Positions 18,552 to 28,094 of a stretch of DNA of 64,000 nt are shown piece by piece. The stretch's first letter is position 1; each line of letters opens with the position of its first letter. A model generated the notes under the pieces. That model saw nothing but the letters and a program-made list of their open reading frames with translations. It made no database searches and was not told the origin of the DNA. Source of the stretch: an uncultured Candidatus Saccharibacteria bacterium (GTDB taxonomy: Bacteria > Patescibacteriota > Doudnabacteria > UBA920); NCBI GenBank assembly GCA_964473815.1, contig CAYYQK010000001.1:93523-157522 (forward strand), read 5' to 3'. The translations under genes were made by a program, and so were the position numbers.

Positions 18552-19823
18552 ATGGATAACCCAGAAAATAACGATAATCAGTTAAATGGTTTTAAACCGG
18601 AAACAAACAAATTTAATTACAAAAAATGGATCCTAGGATTGCTGATTGCTTTTATAGTAATTGGCGGATCGTTTCGAGTTGGATATGTGAGCGGCTCTAA
18701 AGGTTACACCTTTGATTCCAAAACATTCCAAGTTGTAAACAAACAGAATGCCCCAACAAATGTTGATTACAATTTGTTATGGGAAGCTTTAAAAATTGTT
18801 CAAGATAAATATATAGATTCAGATAAAATTGATCAGCAGCAGGTTTTGTACGGAGCAATTCGTGGCGCGATTGCCGCAGCCGGCGACGATTACACCCAAT
18901 TTTTCGATCCAAAAAGTTTGAGTGAATTTAAAACTGAACTACAGGGAAGTTTTTCGGGAATCGGCGCAGAAATTGGCCGAAAGAATGAAAACATCACTGT
19001 TATTTCTCCGCTCAAAGATAGCCCTGCAGAAAAAGCTGGCCTGAAAGCAAAAGATATTATTGTAAAGATTAACGGCGAAGCTACCACCGACATGACCGTG
19101 GATGATGCAGTTGGTAAAATTCGCGGCCAAGAAGGTACTGAAGTAACCTTAACTATTTACCGCGAAGGTGATACCGGTACTAAAGATTTAACTATCAAAC
19201 GACAGAAGATCGAAATTAAGAGTGTTAAGTGGGAATATAAAAATGTAGGCAATAAAAAAGTTGCCGTAATTACCATTAGTAAGTTTGGTGACGATACTAA
19301 AGATTTGTTTAACCAGGCCGTTGCTGAAGTTCAGAAAAATAAACCAGACTCTATTATTATTGATTTGCGCAATGATCCGGGTGGTTACTTAGATACCGCC
19401 GTAGATGTAGCTTCGCACTGGTTAGAATCAGGAAAGTTAATTGTAAAAGAAGCAAAGAGTGATGCCAGTTCAAAAGATTATAATTCTAATGGCAGCAATG
19501 AACTCGGGGGCATTAAAACATTAGTATTGATTAACGGCGGGAGTGCATCAGCATCAGAAATCTTGGCCGGAGCTTTAAGGGATAACGGCAAAGCAAGTTT
19601 GATTGGAGAAAAAAGTTTTGGAAAGGGAAGCGTACAAGAATTAATTCAATTGAGCAAAGACACCGCTGTAAAGGTAACGGTTGCGAAATGGATCACTCCT
19701 GGCGGCAAGAATCTAAATAAAGATGGATTAGATCCAGACATAAAAGTTGAATTGTCCGATAGTGATGCACAGGCTGGCAAGGATCCGCAAATGGATCGCG
19801 CGCTGGAAGAAGCAGGAAAGTAA
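18552..19823 (+). CDS. ctpA: Carboxyl-terminal processing protease (S41, PDZ-containing)
   Basis: PDZ segment GIGAEIG...ISPLKDSPAEKAGLKAKDIIVKING. S41 catalytic motifs GGSASASEILAGAL and GEKSFGKGSVQ. Confidence 0.85.
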   Translation: MDNPENNDNQLNGFKPETNKFNYKKWILGLLIAFIVIGGSFRVGYVSGSKGYTFDSKTFQVVNKQNAPTNVDYNLLWEALKIVQDKYIDSDKIDQQQVLYGAIRGAIAAAGDDYTQFFDPKSLSEFKTELQGSFSGIGAEIGRKNENITVISPLKDSPAEKAGLKAKDIIVKINGEATTDMTVDDAVGKIRGQEGTEVTLTIYREGDTGTKDLTIKRQKIEIKSVKWEYKNVGNKKVAVITISKFGDDTKDLFNQAVAEVQKNKPDSIIIDLRNDPGGYLDTAVDVASHWLESGKLIVKEAKSDASSKDYNSNGSNELGGIKTLVLINGGSASASEILAGALRDNGKASLIGEKSFGKGSVQELIQLSKDTAVKVTVAKWITPGGKNLNKDGLDPDIKVELSDSDAQAGKDPQMDRALEEAGK

Positions 19824-19890
19824 AAAAATAAAAGCCGTCGTTCAGCGATAGATCGACGGTTTTTAAATTGGGAAAATTCAGTGGGAAAAT

Positions 19891-20475
19891 TTAAGGGATG
19901 TTGAATCGCGCGCCGGCTTTCAGGCCACGCCACCAGGACACTATCCTGCCTATAGAGGCGTTCCCGTGCGGGTTGCGTTTGTAGTAGCGGAGACGAATCT
20001 TGCGGCCGAGTCGCTTTGCCCAACCAATTTGGTAATCAGACTCGATAACCGCGCAGTCCATGCTGCAGATCCTTTTGAACAAAAGCTTAATCCCGACGCA
20101 GTGCCATTTTTCGCTGACCACGGTTAGGTCGTAATCGCAAATGTGGATCCCGCGGAGAGCGAAGCAAATTGCCAAATTGCTTATATTTTCTCGAGTTGTT
20201 TGCGACTCATTTTCGCAAATGAATTTAAATGATCGAACCCCGCCTTGTTCTAAGTAGCGATCAAAAATTTGCTCATACATGATTTGGGCAGCAGATCGAG
20301 TTTGGTTATGGGCGAAGATACCACCCACCGTTGCCACTACATCATAGTAGTTAATTGGCCGGTTTAGGAGCTCTTTCACAGCCGCTTCGATGTTTGCAGT
20401 TGTATCGGCGGCCGGACAGTCTCCGTTCATTCCCAAAGAAAAAACCACCAAAGCTCTTTTGTTTACATTTTCCAC
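19891..20475 (-). CDS. DUF218 (YdcF/SanA-like) domain protein; GC-rich singleton
   Basis: ALVVFSLGMNGDC and ENESQTTRENISN resemble the DUF218 signature (xxQSxxTxENA). GC about 50%. Confidence 0.5.
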   Translation of the reverse strand: MENVNKRALVVFSLGMNGDCPAADTTANIEAAVKELLNRPINYYDVVATVGGIFAHNQTRSAAQIMYEQIFDRYLEQGGVRSFKFICENESQTTRENISNLAICFALRGIHICDYDLTVVSEKWHCVGIKLLFKRICSMDCAVIESDYQIGWAKRLGRKIRLRYYKRNPHGNASIGRIVSWWRGLKAGARFNIP

Positions 20476-20577
20476 TGAATTTCCTCCTGAGAATAGTGAT
20501 AGGAACTAATTGGCATTACGGTATCACTCTGGCACCGGTTTGTCAAGGCTACTAATATTCGTTAAAATGTTTAATAT

Positions 20578-22359
20578 ATGACTAAAATTACTGCATCAGA
20601 ATTACGTACTAAATGGTTGGAATTTTTTAAAGAAAAAGGACACGAAATAATTCCATCTGCCTCGCTCGTGCCGGAGAATGATCCTTCGGTTTTGTTCACT
20701 ATGGCGGGAATGTTCCCACTAGTGCCTTACCTAATGGGTCAACCGCACCCTAAAGGAGTGCGTGTGGCAAATGTCCAAAAATGTATCCGCACCATAGATA
20801 TTGATGAAGTTGGTGATAACACTCACTTAACCTTTTTCGAAATGCTCGGCAACTGGAGCTTTGGTGATTACTTTAAAAAAGAAGCCATTGAATGGAGTTA
20901 TGAATTTTTAACTTCTCCAAAGTGGTTAGGGATTCCTGTGGAGCGTTTAGCGTTTTCTGTTTTTGCTGGCGACGACGACGCGCCATTCGATGAAGAAAGT
21001 TATGCTCTCTGGAAAAGTTTAGGTGTACCGGAAGCGCGCATTGCAAAACTTGGTAAAGAAGACAACTGGTGGATAGCAGGTTTAACCGGTCCGTGTGGTC
21101 CTGATACAGAAATGTTTTATTGGATCGATGACGGCACTCCGGCACCAGAGAACTTTCAAGAAACTGCGAGTGATCCGCGATGGGTGGAAATTTGGAATGA
21201 CGTGTTCATGGAATTCGAAAAGAAAGAAGATGGTTCGTTAATTCCACTTGAAAAGAAAAATGTAGATACCGGAATGGGCCTCGACCGCGTGGTGGCAGTT
21301 TTAAACGGCCACAAGTCTGTTTACGATACTGAATTCTTTGCCGGTATGTTCCAAGTGATTGGCGTGCAGAACGATGTTTTGTCGGGTGATGAAATTCGTA
21401 AGGCGCGTATTGTTGTTGATCACATCCGCGCGGCGGTGTTTATTGCGGCTGATGGAGTTGAACCGTCTAATAAAGAACGAGGGTACATTTTGCGTCGTTT
21501 GTTACGCCGCGCGATTGTTTATGCGCGCCAGTTGAGTCTAACGGACCACTGGCTCGAAGGTCTTGTGGGAAAAGTAGTAGCAGAGTATGGCGATGCTTAC
21601 CCGGAACTCAAAGAAAACGAAAACTACTTTAATAGTATTTTAAGCGAACAAAAGAAGTTTGGTAACACGATCGAAAAAGGCCTAAAAGAATTCGACAAAC
21701 TTTTCCAAAAGCAAAATGAAATTTCCGGTACTGATGCATTTAATTTGTATCAAAGTTTTGGTTTTCCGTTGGAGCTAACTCAAGAACTAGCAGAAAGTTA
21801 TGGCCAGAATGTTAATCGTGAAGTTTACGAAGCTGAATTTAAAAAACATCAAGATTTGTCTCGGACTGCCAGTGCCGGTACTTTTAAAGGTGGCCTTGCT
21901 GACCATAGCGAAAAAGTTGTGCGGTACCACACTGCAACGCACTTAATGCACAAAGCATTGCGCGATGTTCTTGGTCCCGATGTTTGGCAAAAGGGAAGCA
22001 ATATTACATCTGAACGCACCCGCTTTGACTTTACTTATCCGCAGAAAATGACTGATGAACAAAAACAACAAGTCGAAGAATTGGTGAATAAATGGATTCA
22101 ACTCGATGCAAAAATGGAGCAAGAAATGATGCCTCTGGAAAAGGCGCGAGAACTTGGCGCGATTGGTTTGTTTGGCGAAAAATATGCCGACACTGTATCT
22201 ATATATACCGCAACAGATAAAGATGGTAATGTAATCTCTCGCGAATTTTGCGGTGGCCCGCACGTTGAGCACACCGGTGTTATCGGAAAGTTTCGCATTG
22301 CCAAAGAAGAAGCCGTGTCCGCCGGTGTTCGCAGAATCAAAGCAGTAATTGAACCTTAA
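20578..22359 (+). CDS. alaS: Alanine--tRNA ligase, short form lacking the C-terminal C-Ala domain
   Basis: Class II AlaRS catalytic core (FTMAGMFPLVPY, CIRTIDIDEVGDNTHLTFFEMLGNWSFGDYFK). Editing-domain zinc motifs HTATHLMHKAL and CGGPHV. 593 aa against about 870 aa for typical bacterial AlaRS. Confidence 0.85.
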   Translation: MTKITASELRTKWLEFFKEKGHEIIPSASLVPENDPSVLFTMAGMFPLVPYLMGQPHPKGVRVANVQKCIRTIDIDEVGDNTHLTFFEMLGNWSFGDYFKKEAIEWSYEFLTSPKWLGIPVERLAFSVFAGDDDAPFDEESYALWKSLGVPEARIAKLGKEDNWWIAGLTGPCGPDTEMFYWIDDGTPAPENFQETASDPRWVEIWNDVFMEFEKKEDGSLIPLEKKNVDTGMGLDRVVAVLNGHKSVYDTEFFAGMFQVIGVQNDVLSGDEIRKARIVVDHIRAAVFIAADGVEPSNKERGYILRRLLRRAIVYARQLSLTDHWLEGLVGKVVAEYGDAYPELKENENYFNSILSEQKKFGNTIEKGLKEFDKLFQKQNEISGTDAFNLYQSFGFPLELTQELAESYGQNVNREVYEAEFKKHQDLSRTASAGTFKGGLADHSEKVVRYHTATHLMHKALRDVLGPDVWQKGSNITSERTRFDFTYPQKMTDEQKQQVEELVNKWIQLDAKMEQEMMPLEKARELGAIGLFGEKYADTVSIYTATDKDGNVISREFCGGPHVEHTGVIGKFRIAKEEAVSAGVRRIKAVIEP

Positions 22360-22751
22360 TGGAAGATCAATTATTTTTCGTAGGTCAGAAAGCATTTATA
22401 GAAAAAGATGGTCAAGTTTTGATTTTACATCACGAAAACGGATTGGACTTCCCAGGCGGTAAAATAAATCAGCACACTTTAGATTTTATTCCTGAGCTCC
22501 AAAGAGAAGTTAGAGAAGAAACAAATTTGGAAATTGAAGTTGGAGACCCGTTTGTTATTTGGCATACAGAATTCCAAATTGATGGATATTTTGTATTTCT
22601 TGTAGGATATAAATGTAAATACATTTCCGGAGATGTTAAAATAAGTGATGAACATACAGGGTATCAGTGGGTGAATGAAAACGATTACAATTCCCTTAAC
22701 GATGGTAAACAATATTTCGCAGCTTTAAGAAAATATTTTGAAACAAAATGA
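22359..22751 (+). CDS. NUDIX hydrolase
   Basis: Nudix box GGKINQHTLDFIPELQREVREETNLEI. Confidence 0.7.
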   Translation: MEDQLFFVGQKAFIEKDGQVLILHHENGLDFPGGKINQHTLDFIPELQREVREETNLEIEVGDPFVIWHTEFQIDGYFVFLVGYKCKYISGDVKISDEHTGYQWVNENDYNSLNDGKQYFAALRKYFETK

Positions 22752-23914
22752 AGTTAGAATTTTTTAATTGCCCGCAGCCTCAGGAATTTAATAGTGCGTT
22801 GGTGCAGCAACGACCAGCGTTTTTGTCGTATCAGCCAAAGTTTGGGGAGATAGAAACCCTCGCTGCTGAATACGCTAACTTTAAAAATATTGTACTAATT
22901 GGTCATGGCGGAAGCGTAACTAGTTTTTACGGAATGTTTTACGCGCTTCATCATGATTCTAATAAGCATTTGTATGTTGTTAGTACTGTTGATCCAGATT
23001 ATATTTCTGAACTGAAAGCGTCGCTTAGCACTGCAGACACACTTGTAATTGCAATTAGTAAGTCAGGAGAAACCGTAACCCAAATAGAAGCGCTGCTACA
23101 TTTTACGGAATTTCAAATGCTGGTAATCACTGGGGCAGTTGGACCGCTTGCAGATATTGCGCAAAAACTTTCTGCCCGCACAGTTATGCATCCGCCAATT
23201 GGTGGAAGGTACACAGCGTTTACAGAAGTTGCACTTTTGCCAGCAGCGATTTGCGGTTTAGATATACGCGCCATGTTTGCAGCCGCTCAAAAAGTTTACG
23301 CCGACTTTGCGAAAAATAACGAAGCCTACAAAGCCGCTTCTATTTTAGAACAGTTAGAAGACAAGGGTATTGTAGACGTGTTCATGCCGGTTTACGACTC
23401 GCATTTGTACCCAATGACAAATTTAATTGTGCAACTTTGTCATGAAAGTTTTGGTAAAGATGGGGAAGGGCAAACCTATTTCGCGCATCATGCACCAGAG
23501 TCACAGCATCATACGAACCAAAGATTTTTCGGGGGCCGTAAAAATATTGCCGGATGGTTTTTAGCAACAGAGAAACCCCTCACAGATTCAGCAACGGTTG
23601 TGCCAGATAATTTAAAATCAATCACTTTAAAAGATGCCACTCTAGACACCTTAGATCAAATTCCTCTATCTGTAGCATTGCAGGCCGAACTTCATGGAAC
23701 ATTGGAAGATGCAAAAGTAAAAAGTATTCCAACCGTATTACAAACTTTGCCTCAACGAACGCCCGCAGAAGTTGGAGCGCTAATTGCCTTCTGGCAACTT
23801 TTTGCAGTTTACTCGGCGCTACTTCGTAATGTAGATCCATTTGATCAACCCCAGGTTGAATCTAGTAAAAAAATTAGTTTTGCCAAACGCCAGCAATTTA
23901 AGGGTCAAATGTAG
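22748..23914 (+). CDS. SIS-domain sugar-phosphate isomerase (glucose-6-phosphate isomerase-like)
   Basis: LIGHGGSVTSFYG and ISKSGETVTQIE (SxSGxT) SIS motifs. Length is consistent with small bifunctional PGI/PMI-type enzymes. Confidence 0.5.
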   Translation: MKLEFFNCPQPQEFNSALVQQRPAFLSYQPKFGEIETLAAEYANFKNIVLIGHGGSVTSFYGMFYALHHDSNKHLYVVSTVDPDYISELKASLSTADTLVIAISKSGETVTQIEALLHFTEFQMLVITGAVGPLADIAQKLSARTVMHPPIGGRYTAFTEVALLPAAICGLDIRAMFAAAQKVYADFAKNNEAYKAASILEQLEDKGIVDVFMPVYDSHLYPMTNLIVQLCHESFGKDGEGQTYFAHHAPESQHHTNQRFFGGRKNIAGWFLATEKPLTDSATVVPDNLKSITLKDATLDTLDQIPLSVALQAELHGTLEDAKVKSIPTVLQTLPQRTPAEVGALIAFWQLFAVYSALLRNVDPFDQPQVESSKKISFAKRQQFKGQM

Positions 23915-24019
23915 CCAAATTTATAGGTTGCATAGACTTTAGAAAATCTTTAGAATAAATATAGAAGAAAAGAAAAACCCTTTAAATTAAGGGTTTTTAT
24001 ATACCAGAAATTCAAGATT

Positions 24020-25819
24020 ATGTCGAAAACTCTTTATTTAAATTTAGAAGATGATGTAGCCAAAGTGGCCGCTAAACTCCAGCGCGAACGCGCTGAAGAT
24101 ATAGTTTTGGTTTTTCCTAAAGGGAGCTATCTGTTTTCGGATCGTATTAATATGCGACTGCTCAAGAAGCAGCTCGACATGCTTGGGAAAAATATTTCCA
24201 TTTTAACGATGGATGAGCGCGGTAAGGCTTACGCTGAGGAAGCAGGTTTTGTGATTAAGAGCATGCCCCGCTCACTACGCTCCAGCTCTTTGTCCGACAT
24301 TCGCCCGCGCCGCACAGAATCTCGTCTCACAGAATCCCGCAGCGCAGAACCACGCAACGTGGCACCCCGCCGCACAGAAACTCAACCAACAAAACCTCAG
24401 ATAACATCACCAAAGAAAACTTTGGCAACTTTAGCTGCAGCCGCAGCTGCAATCCCTGTTGCAAAGAAACTGAAGAAGAGACCAGTCGCATCAGCTGCAA
24501 CTGCCCAAACAACAGCTGCCGCATCAAATGCAATGCGCATTAATACAAATGCCAATCCAACCCCGCATAGCGGCAGAACGGTTTCTGCAAAAAGAGCAGA
24601 TGAACTTTTCGAACCTGTTCAAAAGCAAGACAATGTCTTTATGCCCCCAAATTCGCGCAATGCAAATTTACCGCGCCGTCGTCGTTCTTACCGTGCATGG
24701 GTAGTTGGATTTATTGCTCTAGCCTTAGTAATAATTTTAGTGCTTGTTCTGGTCGTGCTTCCAAGTGCTAACATCACAGTTTATGCGAAATCAGAAACTA
24801 TCGCTCGCGACATGGACATTGTTGCTAATATCCAAACGCAAACTCCGCAGTCACAAACTCTTACCATCCCAGCAGTAGCAGTAAATGAACAACGAGACCA
24901 ATCCGACTCTTTCACGGTTAATGGTAAAAAAGAAATGGGCAGCAAAGCCGAAGGTCGCGTGGCGATTTATAATTTATCTGGCCAACCAATCACACTAAAA
25001 GCATCAACCACCACACTTACGGTTGGTACAAAATCTTACAGTTTCAAATCTGATCAGACTGGAGTCCATGCCTTAACCAGCGCAGCGAACGACAACAATG
25101 CTTCTGTTGCAGACATTATTGCTAGCGATGGGGGAGAGTCATTCAACTTGCCTGCTGGGACGCGCATGGAAATTACCAACCAGGCCTTTGGTAGTCAGCC
25201 ACAAAAATTATATGCAAAGACTGTAACCCAAGTGGTGGGCGGTTCATCCCGATTTATCTCAGTGATCACAAAAGAAGATACTGACAATGCCCAAAAACAG
25301 CTTATTCAAAAAATGGTCGACAATATTAACGCCGGCCTTTCCGACCGTAACGTAAAATTGGTTGATGGCGCATACACTATTAATGTGCAATCTTTCACAA
25401 CTGATAAACCTGAAAATACTGAAACCACCACTTTCAACGCCGAACTGAAAGTCACTATAACTGGTCTCGCCTTTGATGAAACAGGGTTAAAAAATTTGGT
25501 GCGTACTCGATTGCTCTCCTCTCTTGATGGCAATAAAACTTTACAACCTCTTGATCAAGATACAATCATTTATAAAATTTCAAATCTGGATGTGCAAAAT
25601 GGCATCATGCAACTCTCCATTCACTACGAAACCACCGACAAGCCAACTATTGACCCAGTTGATATTAAAAATAAGATCACTGGTAAGTCCAAACAGGAAG
25701 CTTCTGATTTAATTCTTGCCAACAGTGATATTGATCATGTGGAAATTACAGTACAACCTGCTTGGCAGTCGGGGATACCACGCATCTCTGGGAAAATCCA
25801 CATTGAAGTAAAAGAATAA
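24020..25819 (+). CDS. Hypothetical single-pass membrane protein
   Basis: N-terminal globular domain, then a low-complexity R/S/T/E repeat tract (RPRRTESRLTESRSAEPRNVAPRRTETQP), TM helix WVVGFIALALVIILVLVLVVL and a large C-terminal domain. Confidence 0.5.
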   Translation: MSKTLYLNLEDDVAKVAAKLQRERAEDIVLVFPKGSYLFSDRINMRLLKKQLDMLGKNISILTMDERGKAYAEEAGFVIKSMPRSLRSSSLSDIRPRRTESRLTESRSAEPRNVAPRRTETQPTKPQITSPKKTLATLAAAAAAIPVAKKLKKRPVASAATAQTTAAASNAMRINTNANPTPHSGRTVSAKRADELFEPVQKQDNVFMPPNSRNANLPRRRRSYRAWVVGFIALALVIILVLVLVVLPSANITVYAKSETIARDMDIVANIQTQTPQSQTLTIPAVAVNEQRDQSDSFTVNGKKEMGSKAEGRVAIYNLSGQPITLKASTTTLTVGTKSYSFKSDQTGVHALTSAANDNNASVADIIASDGGESFNLPAGTRMEITNQAFGSQPQKLYAKTVTQVVGGSSRFISVITKEDTDNAQKQLIQKMVDNINAGLSDRNVKLVDGAYTINVQSFTTDKPENTETTTFNAELKVTITGLAFDETGLKNLVRTRLLSSLDGNKTLQPLDQDTIIYKISNLDVQNGIMQLSIHYETTDKPTIDPVDIKNKITGKSKQEASDLILANSDIDHVEITVQPAWQSGIPRISGKIHIEVKE

Positions 25820-25836
25820 ATAGCAGATAAATGAAA

Positions 25837-25868
25837 AAGCCTTGCTCACTGTCGTGGGTAAGGCTTTT
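25837..25868. terminator. Possible bidirectional terminator hairpin between convergent genes
   Basis: Stem aagcctt / aaggctt with a 16-nt loop and a short T-run. Weak. Confidence 0.35.
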
Positions 25869-25896
25869 ACGTAGTTGCAGTTTGAGTTTTATTACT

Positions 25897-26364
25897 CTAG
25901 GCGATCCATCTCGCCAAGTTCACGGGCTCGACCTCGGCACCGGGGGTCAGAAACTCGACTTTAGGGAAGAGTTCTTTGAGCCGATCGACGTCATGGCCGT
26001 TTTCGACCACTTCTTTTACGAAACTGGCCATTTCTCCGCATCCTCCCATAATCACAGGGACTACGCGGCCATTGATGTGGTACCGGCTGGTAGGCGAGGT
26101 CGTAAAAGTGTATACATAGACGTTCGGATTGATCTCCCTGGCCGCCTTTGCGATGGAGTCTGCGTTGGGCATGTCGGGATCATACGTATAGTCGCTGGAG
26201 ATTACCAGTAACTCTTCATTAGGGTTTTCCTGAACGAAATCGATCACTTCCTCAGCCCAGCCGGTTACAGTGACACTCTTGTTTTGAATTAATCCCAGAT
26301 CCTCAAGCGCTTGCTGTGATGGTGTGCGGCCCGACGATGATGACTGAAATACTACTGCTTTCAT
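25897..26364 (-). CDS. Hypothetical protein (possible flavodoxin-like fold); GC-rich singleton
   Basis: SD AAGGAGA 7 nt before the ATG. Starts MKAVVFQSSSSGRTP, reminiscent of flavodoxin-like NAD(P)H-dependent reductases. GC about 50%. The overlapping antisense ORF 25831..26211 is judged spurious. Confidence 0.45.
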   Translation of the reverse strand: MKAVVFQSSSSGRTPSQQALEDLGLIQNKSVTVTGWAEEVIDFVQENPNEELLVISSDYTYDPDMPNADSIAKAAREINPNVYVYTFTTSPTSRYHINGRVVPVIMGGCGEMASFVKEVVENGHDVDRLKELFPKVEFLTPGAEVEPVNLARWIA

Positions 26365-26499
26365 TGTATTTTCTCCTTCTAGCTGAAATTTGTGCCTTTT
26401 TTGGCGGCTAACCAGTTTTTATTTGTGATTAAATTATAGCACAAAATGGTATAAATGTCAATAGTTGTAATAAAATCGATTGTTTTCACCTAAAATTCC

Positions 26500-26527
26500 T
26501 TGACATTCCAGGGATATGTGTTAAAAT
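26500..26527 (+). promoter_or_regulatory. Sigma-70 promoter upstream of infA and the ribosomal block
   Basis: TTGACA (26500-26505), 16-nt spacer, then TGt-TAAAAT extended -10 (26519-26527). Confidence 0.5.
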
Positions 26528-26574
26528 TAGTCCAATAAGTCAAACAGTAAGATTTCCTAAGGAAAAGCAAGAAT

Positions 26575-26805
26575 TTGGGTAGTTCCGACACAAATAAAGA
26601 GACAATTGAACTAGAAGGTAAAGTCATTGAGAGTTTACCTAATGCTGTTTTTCGCGTTCAATTGGATTCCGGACAAGTCCTTCTTGGTCACTTAGCCGGC
26701 AAAATGCGCATTCACCGAATCCGCGTACTGCCTGGCGACAAAGTGCTAATGGAAGTAACTCCGTACGACTTATCAAAAGGGCGAATTACTCGCCGCCTGC
26801 GCTAA
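26575..26805 (+). CDS. infA: Translation initiation factor IF-1
   Basis: S1-like fold sequence [50 protein letters not shown]. Confidence 0.85.
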   Translation: MGSSDTNKETIELEGKVIESLPNAVFRVQLDSGQVLLGHLAGKMRIHRIRVLPGDKVLMEVTPYDLSKGRITRRLR

Positions 26806-26910
26806 ACAGGAATTTAAATATTTATTAGCGGCCTCTAAGCTGCGGGAACAGATTCGTGAAATCATTTTTGTTCCCTGAATTGTAGCCTTATAGGCTTGCA
26901 AGGATTATCA

Positions 26911-27024
26911 ATGAAAGTTCGAGCAAGTGTAAAACCAATGTGTAAGAAGTGCAAAATCGTAAAGCGATTCGGTCGTGTTTACGTTATTTGCGATGTCCCT
27001 AAACATAAGCAACGCCAAGGTTAA
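26911..27024 (+). CDS. rpmJ: 50S ribosomal protein L36
   Basis: Not in the ORF track because it is under 60 aa. [37 protein letters not shown], the classic L36 zinc ribbon. Confidence 0.85.
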   Translation: MKVRASVKPMCKKCKIVKRFGRVYVICDVPKHKQRQG

Positions 27025-27070
27025 TTGGCGCTGTGCCTTTTGTATTTATTAACTAATTAAGAGAAACAGT

Positions 27071-27460
27071 ATGGCTCGTATTGCCGGAGTAAATATTCCG
27101 AACGAAAAAAGAATCGAAGCATCACTTCAGTACATCTATGGTGTTGGCCCAACCTTGGCGAAGCGCGCGTTAAGCGAAACCAAGATTAGCGCTGACATTC
27201 GTACCAAAGATTTAACTGAAGCTGATCTAAATAAATTACGTGAATTTATTGATAAGAACTTCAAGACCGAAGGTAACCTTCGCCAGGAAGTATTGCTGAA
27301 CATTAAGCGCCTTAAGGAAATTGGATCTTATCGCGGAATGCGTCACAGCCGCTCTTTGCCGGTTCGTGGACAACGCACCAAGACTAATTCCCGTACCCGT
27401 CACGGCAACGTTCGCCGCACTGCAGGTTCAGGACGTAAGAAGGCAGCAGAAAAGACCTAA
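27071..27460 (+). CDS. rpsM: 30S ribosomal protein S13
   Basis: [34 protein letters not shown]... with a C-terminal basic tail. Confidence 0.9.
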   Translation: MARIAGVNIPNEKRIEASLQYIYGVGPTLAKRALSETKISADIRTKDLTEADLNKLREFIDKNFKTEGNLRQEVLLNIKRLKEIGSYRGMRHSRSLPVRGQRTKTNSRTRHGNVRRTAGSGRKKAAEKT

Positions 27461-27552
27461 TCATTAGGGGTCCTGTCAGCAGATAATTTTTTTCTTCGCG
27501 ACATAAGTCGACTCAGAAAAAAATTACCCTGCTGCCACCCCACCAAATTATT

Positions 27553-28074
27553 ATGAAATTACTAGAAGAAGATATTATAACTCAAAACGCTTCTGATGCT
27601 GCTGATACAGCTATGGAAAGCGATGTTGCTGCACAGGTTTCTGCTGAATTAGCAGCTGCTGACAGCTCTAAAGACGGCGCTGCTGCTCCAAAGATCAAAG
27701 GTAGCAAAAAGAAGAAGTCGAAAATCAAAATTCCTAAAGGAAAGATTTTCATCAACTCTACTTATAACAACACTATCATTGCTGCAACTGACCCATCTGG
27801 GAATGTATTTGCTTGGGGTAGTGCTGGTAAAGCTGGTTTTAAGGGAAGCAAGAAATCAACACCTTATGCTGGTGGTAAGACTATGGAAGATTTGTTGGCG
27901 CGTATTAAAGATCGCGGTTTACAGGAAGTGGAAATTTTTATCAAAGGAATTGGAACTGGACGCGAAAGCGCTATTCGTGCTTTGCAAAGCTCTGGTTTAA
28001 CAGTTTTGACCATTAAGGACCGCACGCCTTCACCTCACGGTGGCGTTCGCCAGAAGAAGGTGCGCCGCGTTTAG
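27553..28074 (+). CDS. rpsK: 30S ribosomal protein S11 with an N-terminal low-complexity extension of about 45 aa
   Basis: The S11 core starts at KGKIFINSTYNNTIIAATDPSGNVFAWGSAG... and is preceded by an acidic/Ala-rich extension. Confidence 0.85.
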   Translation: MKLLEEDIITQNASDAADTAMESDVAAQVSAELAAADSSKDGAAAPKIKGSKKKKSKIKIPKGKIFINSTYNNTIIAATDPSGNVFAWGSAGKAGFKGSKKSTPYAGGKTMEDLLARIKDRGLQEVEIFIKGIGTGRESAIRALQSSGLTVLTIKDRTPSPHGGVRQKKVRRV

Positions 28075-28094
28075 TTTAACGGCAAAATAAATTT

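Noticed and set aside
25831-26211. 126-aa plus-strand ORF overlapping the minus-strand 25897..26364 gene
   Set aside because: The sequence is low-complexity and antisense-like, with no SD. The minus-strand ORF has a strong SD and protein-like composition. The plus-strand ORF also begins inside the terminator hairpin of the upstream gene.
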